A stretch of 51,699 nt of DNA from Candidatus Woesearchaeota archaeon (GTDB lineage: Archaea; Nanobdellota; Nanobdellia; Woesearchaeales; UBA10216). The position numbers and the translations under genes were made by a program. The DNA is taken from assembly GCA_016188145.1 (NCBI GenBank), contig JACPIJ010000060.1, forward strand, positions 1 to 51,699, given 5' to 3'. This document shows, in pieces, positions 41,845-51,020 of the stretch; positions within the stretch are counted from its first letter, which is position 1; the number at the start of each line of letters is the position of its first letter. The notes below the pieces were generated by a model. The model searched no databases. It had not been told where the DNA came from and worked only from the letters and a program-made list of their open reading frames with translations.

Positions 41845-44193
41845 ATGATGGAAAAAGAAGTGATGCTGGCAATTTGTGCTATTTTTCTGGTTATCCTGAG
41901 TAGTGGTTGCGCTCCTCAAGGAGTTCCTATAGAGAATGTACTAGAACCCATTGTTGAAGATGCTCAACAGGAAGCAGCGGAAGATCTAGAACCTGTTGTT
42001 GAAGAAAAAGATGAAGTGGCATTTGAAGATGATCCAGCATTTAATCTACCGCCAGATCAAGATTCATCTGGTTGGACACAAACATCCGGACCGCTAGGAG
42101 GAGTAGTCATTAGAATGGTCCCTCACGATGGAACCGTTTGGGCCTCATTGTATTCAGGAGGAATTTATGAACTTCAGCCAGATAATTCTTGGAAACAAAT
42201 CGCGGTAGGGCATGGCATTCCAGAAGTCCGCGCCTTTGACATTGTGGCTGATCCCAGCAACGTCAACATTGCTTATGTTCCAGAAATGATTGCATGTGTA
42301 GCAAAGACAACGAATAAAGGAGTTAGTTGGCAGGGTTTATGTGATAAGGTGGTCAGAGATATTGGATCGCCTAATTTCAACTCGCACACGTTGGCGCTCG
42401 ATCCAGACAATCCGAAGATAGTGTATGTGCCGGGCCATACTCATGATCAAACCAGTATGCTCATCATTTCTACGGATGGAGGAGAACACTGGGAAAAACG
42501 CTTCACCTTTGATAAGCATTATGATTTTAATCACATTTATTTTTATAATTCAAAAATGTATCTTGCCACGCGTGATGATGGTGTTTTGGTTTCATCCGAC
42601 AAAGGTAAAAGTTGGGTGCCATTCAACGCTGGCCTTGAAGATCTAAAGACTGCTCGGTTCGTGAATTTCAAAAATACCCTTTATCTACTTGGTGCTGAAC
42701 TGCAATTTAATGTCCGCATGGGAGGCAACTTGTACCGCCTGGCGAATGATGGTTTATCATGGGAAAAAGTTCCTGAGGTTCAGGAGTTGTTTCATGAGGT
42801 TACGGGGATCGGAACGGATGGCACAACACTCTTTATTGGAACATGGGATCCTAATCCTACACTTTGGGCTTCACCAGACGGTGTCTCATTTCAGAGAGCA
42901 GAATCCAAAGGATTGCCGCGCGATTGGATTGGGGAGATTGTGCCGCTTGATGGAAAAATATATGTTGGTACAGGTGGTGATGGCGTGTATGTATCTTTGG
43001 ATAATGGCAACACCTTTGAGGAGTTCAACAAAGATCTGATTTCTATTGCAACGCGGGAAGTGTATGTTAATCCAAAAGATGAGAACGAAATATACGTTGG
43101 AACCTGGGACCGGCTCGGTTTTTATTGGTCAAAAAATGGTGGTAAAGGATATAAGCGTGTTGCAACAGACCTAAGCATTGTCACTCTTCTGCCAGATCCC
43201 CATAACTTCTCGATCGTGTACCTTGGAGGTGATGGATTTTTTAAAGGAACAGTGCATGAAAAAAGCAGCACATTTGTTCAAAAAAATAAGCCAGGAAGCA
43301 TGACATCTGTCATCAAATCCATCGCAGTTGATCCAAAAAATTCTGATCATATTCTTATAGGAATTGGAGATGAACTAGCTGAAACCCCACCGGGTGAGGG
43401 ACTCTGGGAATCCTATGATGGGGGAGAAAGCTGGAATAGAGTGCAAGGAATTGGAAATTTTGCAGTATATTCTATTATTTTTAATCCGATTGATCCAAGT
43501 ATAGTATATGCATCAGCATTAGGCGGAGGAGTATTTAAGAGCAACGATGGTGGCAGCCACTTTACGTCATTAGGAACAGATAAACTTAAATATACTTACC
43601 GACTGGTAATGTCTCCCGCAGATCCTAATATAATTATTGCATCTTCCAACGTCTTTTTCGGACAACTTTCCTCAGAGGAACAAATATCAGGAAAATATGG
43701 AGGAATTTTTCAAAGCAAGGACGGTGGGGCAACTTGGAAAGAACTTACCAAGGGAATTCGAAATTATGAAGGTGGAGAGAGGGAAGAAGACTTCTTGGGC
43801 TGGCTCTATAATTTTGGCCACCTGCCAAATTATGAAAATATCCTTATTGACCCAAAAAACCCCGATCATCTGGTCGTTGGGCATCACGGAGAGAACGTCG
43901 TAGAAACTACCGATGGTGGTGCAAGTTGGAAAAAAGCTGGAGCAAATGAGATGGTGCCTGGCGGTATCCACAATTATGCTTACTGCTTAGGTGCATCGCC
44001 AAGTTTCAAAAAATTTTATGCCTGCACATGCGGACGCGGGTTATTTCGAGGTATTATGAATGAAAAGGGTTACATCTCTTTGAGCTTAACCGGCGCTGCA
44101 GTCTACGCTGATGAAGAAGAACATCCCCAACCTCGCAATGCTGCAGAAGCAAGAGAATTCATCTTATCTGGAGAATATAATCATCAGCATTAA
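41845..44193 (+). CDS. BNR/Asp-box repeat beta-propeller lipoprotein (sialidase / GH74 / Ycf48-like fold)
   Basis: Lipobox-type signal ...FLVILSSGC. At least 7 Asp-boxes: TTNKGVSW, STDGGEHW, SSDKGKSW, SYDGGESW, SKDGGATW, TTDGGASW and SNDGGSHF. Codon usage is visibly more AT-rich than in the flanking genes. Confidence 0.8.
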   Translation: MMEKEVMLAICAIFLVILSSGCAPQGVPIENVLEPIVEDAQQEAAEDLEPVVEEKDEVAFEDDPAFNLPPDQDSSGWTQTSGPLGGVVIRMVPHDGTVWASLYSGGIYELQPDNSWKQIAVGHGIPEVRAFDIVADPSNVNIAYVPEMIACVAKTTNKGVSWQGLCDKVVRDIGSPNFNSHTLALDPDNPKIVYVPGHTHDQTSMLIISTDGGEHWEKRFTFDKHYDFNHIYFYNSKMYLATRDDGVLVSSDKGKSWVPFNAGLEDLKTARFVNFKNTLYLLGAELQFNVRMGGNLYRLANDGLSWEKVPEVQELFHEVTGIGTDGTTLFIGTWDPNPTLWASPDGVSFQRAESKGLPRDWIGEIVPLDGKIYVGTGGDGVYVSLDNGNTFEEFNKDLISIATREVYVNPKDENEIYVGTWDRLGFYWSKNGGKGYKRVATDLSIVTLLPDPHNFSIVYLGGDGFFKGTVHEKSSTFVQKNKPGSMTSVIKSIAVDPKNSDHILIGIGDELAETPPGEGLWESYDGGESWNRVQGIGNFAVYSIIFNPIDPSIVYASALGGGVFKSNDGGSHFTSLGTDKLKYTYRLVMSPADPNIIIASSNVFFGQLSSEEQISGKYGGIFQSKDGGATWKELTKGIRNYEGGEREEDFLGWLYNFGHLPNYENILIDPKNPDHLVVGHHGENVVETTDGGASWKKAGANEMVPGGIHNYAYCLGASPSFKKFYACTCGRGLFRGIMNEKGYISLSLTGAAVYADEEEHPQPRNAAEAREFILSGEYNHQH

Positions 44194-44233
44194 CTAAAAT
44201 TTATTTTGGCGCATTTTTCAGATTATCGCTTGG

Positions 44234-44944
44234 CTATTCAAGCTTCACATAATCCTGGTCGCGGCTACCTGGAAAATTAGCATCGCCGTTCTTGGTTCCT
44301 TCAACAGGGCACGGCTCAGCGTCCCTTTCTGCTTTTGGGATGATGATATTTTCAGGATTTACTCCCTTGTCAGCGTATTCGCTAAGCACAGCTGCTGACA
44401 TGTGGAGGAATGGCGAGTCAAACACCTGCCCTCTGAAGCCGAACTGCTTCAGGCCGATGTCGAAGTTGTGAATCTCCTGATGCGCATAGCCGACCAGCTG
44501 CCCGGCCTTAACATAGCTTCCTTCTCTAATCTCCGGCATTGGGCTGGTGTGGAAGAAGATAAAGTTCCATGACGGCGCTGCATTGGCTGAAATGAACATT
44601 TGTTTTCCAGGAGGGGATTCAAGGAGCTCTGTTACCTTTCCATCAAAAGGGGCGAAAATTTTCACTGTGTTGCCAACGCGCAATTTCTGGAGGGGTTCAA
44701 CGTAGTGCTTCATGGACCTGAGTGTTTCCCTCTCCCCCTTGTTGTTGAGGCCGCTGTAGTCATGCCCGACACAGCTTCTGAATTTGGAAATCCTTTCTAT
44801 CTGGGATAAGTCTAGGGGGTTGGCAACGATGAACTTCTCACCGCTTTTCTGGATTGGCGTCTGCTTCTTCTCTTGAACACAACCGCTAACCAGAAAGATA
44901 GTAAGCGCAACAACCGCAATAACGGTTAAAGCTTCTTTTTTCAT
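44234..44944 (-). CDS. lipoprotein with a divergent M23/LytM-like barrel-sandwich motif
   Basis: Lipobox ...IFLVSGC. FAPFDGKVTEL...FFHTSPMPEIREGSYVKAGQLVGYA resembles the M23 fold, but I could not find canonical HxxxD/HxH ligands. Confidence 0.4.
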   Translation of the reverse strand: MKKEALTVIAVVALTIFLVSGCVQEKKQTPIQKSGEKFIVANPLDLSQIERISKFRSCVGHDYSGLNNKGERETLRSMKHYVEPLQKLRVGNTVKIFAPFDGKVTELLESPPGKQMFISANAAPSWNFIFFHTSPMPEIREGSYVKAGQLVGYAHQEIHNFDIGLKQFGFRGQVFDSPFLHMSAAVLSEYADKGVNPENIIIPKAERDAEPCPVEGTKNGDANFPGSRDQDYVKLE

Positions 44945-44947
44945 CTT

Positions 44948-45928
44948 TCACAGCCAGTCGTTCTTCTTCGCGTAGAAGAATATGGAGGCCATCAGTGCCA
45001 AGGTTGACCCCGTTACTGCGAAGAAGCCCCATTCGTATTGCGCGAAGGGTATGACGCTGAAGTTCATCCCGAAGATTCCGGAAATCAGCGTTGGTATGAG
45101 CAGTATCAGGCCGTAGGCAGCAAGCCTCTTCATAATGAGGTTAAGGTTGTTTGATATTATTGCAAGCCTGTTGTTCACGCCTGTCGCATAAACTGTAAGG
45201 GCATCGCTTAGCATCTCCTTTTGCGCTGCAGCCACGTCTATCTGGTGCAGGAACGTTTCATGGACATCGCCCAGGAGCCGGATGCTTTCCGTGTCAATGC
45301 CGACCTGTGCAACGCCCATCCTTATGAGCGAGATGACTCTTGTTGTTGCCCAAAACTGCCTGCTGAGCTTGTAAAGCTGCGATTTCAGGTACATGATGTC
45401 GTCCACTTTTATCCTTGATTCTTTTTCGAACATCGCAGCCTTGAACTCTATGCTTTTGATTTGCTCCTCGATTTTGCCAAGGACCTCATAGTTCTCGTCT
45501 ACGTCCTCCTGCAGGAAGTTGCAGAGTATGTGGCCTATGCTCCTTACCTTTGTCTTCCTGAACCCCTCGAGCAGGTTGGTCACAAGCTCGTCATAGTAGC
45601 GTGATTCTTTTGCTGATGCAACTATCAGGCACTTGTTTGTCAGGACGAAAAGCAGGTTCGTGGAGTCAACCTTGCCGTCTTCAATGTAAACAGATCTCAT
45701 TACGAACTGGAAAGGGACTGTTATGAACCTTCTGGAGTGAAATTCTTTTGCAAAATTAGCGATGGGCCTTTTGTCAAACTTAAAGTCAGAAGCAATCCTG
45801 TCAATCTCTTCCCTGTTCGGTCTGCTTAAGAAGATGAGAAGGTAGTCTTTCTTCCCTGGCTTGGGGTAGTCGAGCCTTGAGCCTTTCTTTACAGAGCCTT
45901 TTCCGTCGAACAGGACATAGCTTATCAT
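44948..45928 (-). CDS. corA: CorA-family Mg2+/Co2+ transporter
   Basis: The C-terminal two-TM region carries the GMN signature (LISGIFGMNFSVIPF). The 326-aa length is typical. Confidence 0.85.
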   Translation of the reverse strand: MISYVLFDGKGSVKKGSRLDYPKPGKKDYLLIFLSRPNREEIDRIASDFKFDKRPIANFAKEFHSRRFITVPFQFVMRSVYIEDGKVDSTNLLFVLTNKCLIVASAKESRYYDELVTNLLEGFRKTKVRSIGHILCNFLQEDVDENYEVLGKIEEQIKSIEFKAAMFEKESRIKVDDIMYLKSQLYKLSRQFWATTRVISLIRMGVAQVGIDTESIRLLGDVHETFLHQIDVAAAQKEMLSDALTVYATGVNNRLAIISNNLNLIMKRLAAYGLILLIPTLISGIFGMNFSVIPFAQYEWGFFAVTGSTLALMASIFFYAKKNDWL

Positions 45929-46112
45929 TGCGCTTCCTCTTTTGCGTCGATTCGTGTGTCGTCAATCCGTCCACAATTTGCCAGCAGCAGGTCGGCGGCT
46001 CTTTGCTGTCTTCTATGGTCTCTTTTGAGGCGTATTTAAACTTTGCCTTTTTAAAATGAGCAGCGTCAATCCTGCAACAACTATTTATAGTCGCAGCAGC
46101 GGCCATAGCCAT

Positions 46113-47273
46113 ATGATTAAAATAGACGGCAGCTACCTTGAAGCCGGCGGCCAAATCTTGAGGACAGCCCTTACACTTTCTTCCCTCACTTTGCAGCCAT
46201 TTGAGATAACCAATATCCGCAAAGGGCGCCCTAATCCCGGCCTTCAGCCGCAGCACCTTGCATGCGTAAAGGCATTGGAGGGCTTGTGCAACGCCTCTTC
46301 GGAAGGTGCCGAGGTCGGTTCAGCGGTTGTGAAGTTTTATCCTGGAAAGCCACAGTCAAGAACGCTTAACATTGATATCGGGACTGCTGGCTCAATCACT
46401 CTCCTGTTGCAGGCGGTTCTGCTTCCTGCATTGTTTGCGCCGGGCAAGGTCCGCCTCAAGCTGACTGGCGGTACAAGCGTGATGCACAGCCAGCCCGTTG
46501 AGTATTTTAGCGGCGTTTTCCTCCCCCATACGGCTAGTTTTGGCAACTGCAGCTTTTCGCTGTTGCGCCGTGGATACTTTCCCAAAGGCGGAGGAAAGGC
46601 GGAGCTCGAGATAAGGCCGCTTTTTCATCTTAATGACTACGACACTTTTGCAGATTTCGGAAAGGCGATATCGCAACAGATTACTGGAATAAGTCTGGCC
46701 GAAAGGGGAAAGCTCCTGAAAATAGCAGGAGTGTCCCACGCCTCGGCTGATTTGAGAAAGGCAGAGGTTGCCGAAAGGCAAGCTAGGTCAGCGAAGTCAA
46801 CTTTGTTGCAGCAGCTGCAGAAAATTAACGGCAGTTGCCCGGTAAGCATCCAGGCAGAGTATTCAGATTCCTTTTCAACAGGCTCAGGAATAACCTTGTT
46901 TGCATATTTTGCTTCTGCGTGGAAAGACGACATTGATGCTGTCAATCCTGTAATTCTTGGCGCTGATGCCCTTGGTGAGCGTGGCAAAAGGGCTGAGGCT
47001 GTTGGCCAGGAAGCGGCAGCTGCTTTGGTTAAGGAAATAAGTTCAGGAGCATGTGTTGACCGTTATCTGGCAGACCAGCTCATTCCTTTTATGGCCCTTG
47101 CCGGCAACAGCAATAAGGGCAGCTCTACGCCGCCCTTATCAACCCTCGGCAGCCTCATAAGGGCTTCGGAAATCACGAATCATTGCCTCACTAACATCTT
47201 TGTTGTGGAGCAGTTTCTTGGCAAGTGCTTTGAGGTGGATGAAGGGAGAAAGCTTATTCGCACAACTGAATGA
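46113..47273 (+). CDS. rtcA: RNA 3'-terminal phosphate cyclase
   Basis: MIKIDGSYLEAGGQILRTALTLSSLTLQPFEITNIRKGRPNPGLQPQHL is the RtcA N-terminal signature. I prefer the ATG at 46113, about 25 nt after TATTTATAG. The ORF-track start at 46056 lies too close to the upstream TATA. Confidence 0.85.
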   Translation: MIKIDGSYLEAGGQILRTALTLSSLTLQPFEITNIRKGRPNPGLQPQHLACVKALEGLCNASSEGAEVGSAVVKFYPGKPQSRTLNIDIGTAGSITLLLQAVLLPALFAPGKVRLKLTGGTSVMHSQPVEYFSGVFLPHTASFGNCSFSLLRRGYFPKGGGKAELEIRPLFHLNDYDTFADFGKAISQQITGISLAERGKLLKIAGVSHASADLRKAEVAERQARSAKSTLLQQLQKINGSCPVSIQAEYSDSFSTGSGITLFAYFASAWKDDIDAVNPVILGADALGERGKRAEAVGQEAAAALVKEISSGACVDRYLADQLIPFMALAGNSNKGSSTPPLSTLGSLIRASEITNHCLTNIFVVEQFLGKCFEVDEGRKLIRTTE

Positions 47274-47281
47274 GATGGGAA

Positions 47282-47394
47282 CGCCACGGGCGGGAGTTTC
47301 ACTCTGCCTCACAGCAGAGTTTTGAACCCACACGATGGTTGGCCCATCACCCGCTTCTGGAGCGAGCGCATTAACCAAGTTCTGCCACCGTGGC
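47282..47394 (-). tRNA. type II tRNA, Leu(CAG) by anticodon position, with a 25-nt T-loop intron
   Basis: Minus strand: GCCACGG-TG-GCA-GAACTTGGTTAA-TGC-G-CTCGC-TCCAGAA-GCGGG-T-GATGG-GCCAA-CCATC-GT-GTGGG-TTCAAAA[CTCTGCTGTGAGGCAGAGTGAAACT]CCCGC-CCGTGGC-G. It is 88 nt after intron removal. A CTTTATAATG box lies about 25 nt upstream. Position 33 is C and the discriminator is G, both atypical. Confidence 0.65.
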
Positions 47395-47677
47395 AATTCC
47401 CTCCTTCATTATAAAGTCAAATGTTGATATGCCTTTCGCCGACTTTTCCGGAAGTTGTTTTATAAAAGTGAAAGATTTACGGCCCCATTGGAAAAATATT
47501 TGCCGTGTTTAAAAAGTGAAGTTTTGTTTTTTCAACTTAACCGCAAGAATTTTGCGCAGTCATCCACACAATAGGAAAAAGATAGAAAAGCTTAAATAGG
47601 CGGTGAACTTCAATTACCTTTAGAAGGTTGGCCCTAAGTCATTAACCGGGTTCTGGAACCCGCATTTTTCTTCTCTT

Positions 47678-48100
47678 TTATTTTATTCTGGAAAAATTCC
47701 CGTTTATGACAATCGGCTTGACAGCTTGTATTTCTGACTTGTAGAATTCAATTTCCGGAATTGGATTCATCAGGTATATTCTCTTGTTCAGTACGTGAGC
47801 GAATCCTATTTCCATCAGCGTGTTCCCGCCAATGTAGTTTTTAATGCCTTTCCTGTCATAGTTCAAAACGAGAACCGCATTGCTTTTCTTTATCTTTTCC
47901 CAAAATTCGCGTATGGCGTCTTTCGCAAATTTGTGATGCAACTTAAGTTTTTCAATTTCTTCTTCTTTCTTGCCAACATATGAATCTGCAAATCCAGAAA
48001 TAAAAACTTTATGACCGAGCTTTTCAAGCTTTTTCTTAATTTTAAGCATCTTTTCTGTGAAGACCATGCTTGTGCATATGGCAATTTTCATGGGTTTCAT
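47678..48100 (-). CDS. nucleoside 2-deoxyribosyltransferase-like protein
   Basis: MKIAICTSM..., ...NAVLVLNYD..., ...YIGGNTLMEIGFA... resembles the Rossmann-like NDT / DUF4406 pattern. Its start abuts the stop of the upstream gene. Confidence 0.5.
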   Translation of the reverse strand: MKPMKIAICTSMVFTEKMLKIKKKLEKLGHKVFISGFADSYVGKKEEEIEKLKLHHKFAKDAIREFWEKIKKSNAVLVLNYDRKGIKNYIGGNTLMEIGFAHVLNKRIYLMNPIPEIEFYKSEIQAVKPIVINGNFSRIK

Positions 48101-49828
48101 CTACCCGAGCGAAGCCAGTTTCAAATCCGCTTCAACTTCCAGAATTTCGTATTCCATCTGCTTTTTCTCGTTGAGCGTCATGTAGACTGTGTTGAAGACA
48201 GACTGCGCCTGCTCAAGCGCTTTTTGGGCTTCGTCAACATTGTTCTGGTATATATGCTGCTTTGCCTCTTCCAGTAGCGCCTGCAGCCTTTCTTTTCCGT
48301 ATTCCCCTCCAAGCCTCAGGTCCGGCATCCCTTTCAGTTCCTGGGCGAAGTCTGGCAAGCGTTCAGGCTGCTCTGCCTGCTCTGCCAGTAATGTCTCCTG
48401 TCTTTGCGCTGTGAGCCTGTGCTTCCTCATGAATATCTCAAACTTTTTCCTTTCAATTTCTCCTTTCTGCTTTATCAGCTCGTATCTTTTTCTGGTTATG
48501 TCAATCTTGTTGGCGTTTAGCTCTGCTTCCTCGCTGCTTAGCTCCTTCTCCTGCCTGTCTAGCTCCTCCTCTTTCCTGTCAAGCTGAGCCTCTTCGGGCG
48601 TTTTTCTTTCCCTTGCCTTTTTTATTCCCCCTGCATGCTCTTCTGCCATTTCTTTCGCAGAGGCAGGCAGCTCTCCCATTTCCTCTCCCACTCCTTCCTC
48701 AACTTCTTCTTTGGTTTCTTTTTCTTTCCCTTCCCCACTGGCCTCTGCCCATTGTGCATGGTGAGGCTCAAGCTCAGCAGTTTCTGCCCCTGCTTTTTGA
48801 TCCATATCAGCCTTGCTAGGCCTGAATCCCCCCATTCTTGCCCTTTGCGTTTCCGGCATCCCGAACTCTTGGCCAATCTCCCCGAGTTCTTCTAAGTCTG
48901 GCAGGTCAGGCACAATAGCTTCTTTTTGCGCTATCCCCTCTTCCTTGAATGGAGTTTCCGGAATCTTGGGGAACTCAGGAAGTTCAGGCACGGCCTCTGC
49001 CGCCTCTTCAGGGCTTTTTTTCTTGAATGGCCAGAACCACCTTCCTGGTTTTGCAACGCGTTTGGCTTCTTCCTCATTTTCTGCTGCTGTTGTAATTTCC
49101 GGCAGCTTCAGCTTTAGCTCTTCGCCAGGCTCTTCATTAGGTTCCTTGCCAAATTCATCAATTTGCGCTCCCTTTGGCATATCCTTCCAGGTCTTCCAGG
49201 CCTCAATATCTTCTTTGAGTGGCTTCGGCTGTTTTATCTTTGCGGCAGTCCTTATTGCCTTTGTCTTCCCGGTTGCTTTTGCAGGCTTTTCGGCTGGTTT
49301 GGCTGCTTCTTTCCAGGCTTTTTTGGCTGGCTTTGTTGCTTTCATTGCCTTAGCAGCTGTCCTTGCTGCCATCTCCGCTTTTCTCCTTGCGGCCTTGAGG
49401 CTGCTGAGTTCTTTCTCCGCATAACTTGCTGCCTGAAGCCTGCCCTTCGCCTTCCTCAACTGCATGGCGAGCCTGTCATCGTTCAGTATCTCCTTCACCC
49501 ATTCTGCAATGTCATTCCGTTCATCGTTCACGTGTTCCTTGTAGTCCGCCGCATTCATTTTCCTCAGCGCTGCGGCGAGTTCCTTCAGGCTCTTTACCGT
49601 TGCGCCGTTGTTAAGCCAAAGGGCAAGCTCCGGCTCAACCTCTTCCTTCACATTTACGGCTGCTTCAGCGCCTTCTCCTGCTGCCTGCTCTGATTCAATC
49701 TCCCTTGCAGCTGAGACATCTATTTTTTTTAAGAATTCCGGCTCTTCCTGTGCAGCTGTAGCAGCTAAGGTGCTAATTGCATCTTCTTTTTTTTTGCCTG
49801 GCTTCAAAAAGCCGAATAAGCCCATCAC
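48101..49828 (-). CDS. hypothetical Lys/Glu/Ala-rich coiled-coil protein
   Basis: 575 aa. The N-terminus is MMGLFGFLKPGKKK. An internal WLNNGATVKSLKELAAALRKMNAADYKEHVNDERNDIAEWVKEIL motif is followed by long charged helical segments. The antisense ORFs here are low-complexity Ser/Phe artefacts. Confidence 0.6.
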   Translation of the reverse strand: MMGLFGFLKPGKKKEDAISTLAATAAQEEPEFLKKIDVSAAREIESEQAAGEGAEAAVNVKEEVEPELALWLNNGATVKSLKELAAALRKMNAADYKEHVNDERNDIAEWVKEILNDDRLAMQLRKAKGRLQAASYAEKELSSLKAARRKAEMAARTAAKAMKATKPAKKAWKEAAKPAEKPAKATGKTKAIRTAAKIKQPKPLKEDIEAWKTWKDMPKGAQIDEFGKEPNEEPGEELKLKLPEITTAAENEEEAKRVAKPGRWFWPFKKKSPEEAAEAVPELPEFPKIPETPFKEEGIAQKEAIVPDLPDLEELGEIGQEFGMPETQRARMGGFRPSKADMDQKAGAETAELEPHHAQWAEASGEGKEKETKEEVEEGVGEEMGELPASAKEMAEEHAGGIKKARERKTPEEAQLDRKEEELDRQEKELSSEEAELNANKIDITRKRYELIKQKGEIERKKFEIFMRKHRLTAQRQETLLAEQAEQPERLPDFAQELKGMPDLRLGGEYGKERLQALLEEAKQHIYQNNVDEAQKALEQAQSVFNTVYMTLNEKKQMEYEILEVEADLKLASLG

Positions 49829-49873
49829 TTCCCCCTTTTTTACTATTCCCAGCGGTAAAAACTGTTGCTGCTG

Positions 49874-50233
49874 CTATTTAATACTTTTGATTTGGTGATG
49901 TTCCCTTCTGAGGCATTCGTTAACCTTGGCAACTATTTTATCGTGAAATGCGTCGTTTATTGTGCAAAGCTTCTTCCTTATTATCTTTTCATGAATTGTG
50001 AATAGCCTGTGCGGTTTTATCCAACTCCTGAAGGGCAGCTTGCCTCCCTCAAAGCAGCCGGTTTCTATGGGGATGCCGTCTTGAGGCTGCTGGCTGGTGA
50101 CGAGGCAGCAGATTCTGTCTTGGCTTATGTTGACAAGCTCGTTTGAGATTATGAGGGCGGGTCTATGCTTTGCGCCTGTAAGGTCAGAGTAAGGGAATGG
50201 TATTAGGACAACGTCCTTTTGCTCATAGCTCAT
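49874..50233 (-). CDS. MazF/PemK-family toxin (endoribonuclease)
   Basis: MSYEQKDVVLIPFPYSDLTGAKHRPALIISN... is the PemK signature. Its ATG overlaps the antitoxin stop (ATGA). Confidence 0.8.
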   Translation of the reverse strand: MSYEQKDVVLIPFPYSDLTGAKHRPALIISNELVNISQDRICCLVTSQQPQDGIPIETGCFEGGKLPFRSWIKPHRLFTIHEKIIRKKLCTINDAFHDKIVAKVNECLRREHHQIKSIK

Positions 50234-50460
50234 ACATCGTTCCACCTTTCATCTGCCTTATTGTCCCATTCTTTTTTCAGCACTTCTTCCGAAGCAAGCA
50301 TAGTCAGGATGCTCTCCTTAGCCCCGCTGCGCCCGAGTTCGTCTAGCTCGTCTACTCTTTGCTTTATGGCTTTGCGCACAAACTCGCTCCACTTTATTTC
50401 GGAGTGCTTGCGCATACGCCTGTATACGGAATCCTCGATGGACAGTGTTACATTCGTCAT
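50230..50460 (-). CDS. RHH/CopG-like antitoxin of the MazF pair
   Basis: MTNVTLSIEDSVYRRMRKHSEIKWSEFVRKAIKQRV has a ribbon-helix-helix pattern. It lies upstream of the toxin and overlaps it by 4 nt. Confidence 0.65.
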   Translation of the reverse strand: MTNVTLSIEDSVYRRMRKHSEIKWSEFVRKAIKQRVDELDELGRSGAKESILTMLASEEVLKKEWDNKADERWNDV

Positions 50461-50555
50461 AAAGCCAAATAAGTGAGCTCACTTATTTAAAGCTTTCGCA
50501 TTTTCGCAGCGTTTTGCAAATCTTTTTAAAGCTCCTGCCGTTCCTGCTTTTTGGC

Positions 50556-50723
50556 ATGGCGGATGTTTGCAGTTCCTGTAGGAACCAGGTAACCAATATG
50601 AAAGGGATGGTCAGGTTTAGCTGCCCTGGCTGCGGCAAGGTTGAGTTCGTCAGGTGCCAGCGCTGCAGGGCGAATGCTGTCCAGTACAAGTGCCAGGAAT
50701 GCGGTTTCTCAGGTCCGAACTAG
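50556..50723 (+). CDS. COG2888-type zinc-ribbon protein (translation-associated, usual neighbour of aEF-1beta)
   Basis: MADVCSSCRNQV...FSCPGCGKVEFVRCQRCRANAVQYKCQECGFSGPN contains four CxxC pairs. The ATG at 50556 is about 25 nt after TTTTTAAAG. Confidence 0.7.
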   Translation: MADVCSSCRNQVTNMKGMVRFSCPGCGKVEFVRCQRCRANAVQYKCQECGFSGPN

Positions 50724-50735
50724 GTCAAGCGAAAA

Positions 50736-51011
50736 ATGGCAACGGTAATCGTCACAATGAAGATAATGCCTTCCTCGCCTGAAGAGGACTTGGAATTAAT
50801 AAAATCGGCTGCAGCAAGGCTGATAACAGAATTTGGCGGCACTATCGGGAAGGTTGATGTCGAGCCCGTAGCCTTTGGCCTCAAAGCCCTGGTTTTCATG
50901 TTTGCAATGAGTGAGAGCCTTGGCGACACCGAGGATGTTGAAAAGAAGATAGGCGACCTTGACGGTGTAAACAGCGTTCAGGTTACCGATGTCAGAAGGG
51001 CGATTGGTTGA
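50736..51011 (+). CDS. ef1b: translation elongation factor aEF-1 beta
   Basis: MATVIVTMKIMPSSPEEDLELIK...VDVEPVAFGLKALVFMFAMSESLGDTEDVEKKIGDLDGVNSVQVTDVRR matches the archaeal EF-1beta pattern. The 91-aa length is typical. Confidence 0.85.
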   Translation: MATVIVTMKIMPSSPEEDLELIKSAAARLITEFGGTIGKVDVEPVAFGLKALVFMFAMSESLGDTEDVEKKIGDLDGVNSVQVTDVRRAIG

Positions 51012-51020
51012 TTTTCAGGC

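Noticed and set aside
47139-47396. 85-aa minus-strand ORF in the ORF track.
   Set aside because: It is made up of the tRNA-Leu gene plus the antisense of the rtcA 3' end. The tRNA cloverleaf explains the region.
47591-47675. Possible small RNA: a GCTTAAATAGG box is followed by an ACCTT-TAG-AAGGT hairpin (reminiscent of the repeat family) and a CGGGTTC/GAACCCG hairpin plus a T-run.
   Set aside because: I could not fold it into a tRNA or any known RNA. It lacks the ATCAAAAAC tail of the repeat family. The terminal hairpin plus T-run may simply be a terminator region for the convergent genes. It is worth an RNA-seq look, but the sequence alone is too weak for a call.
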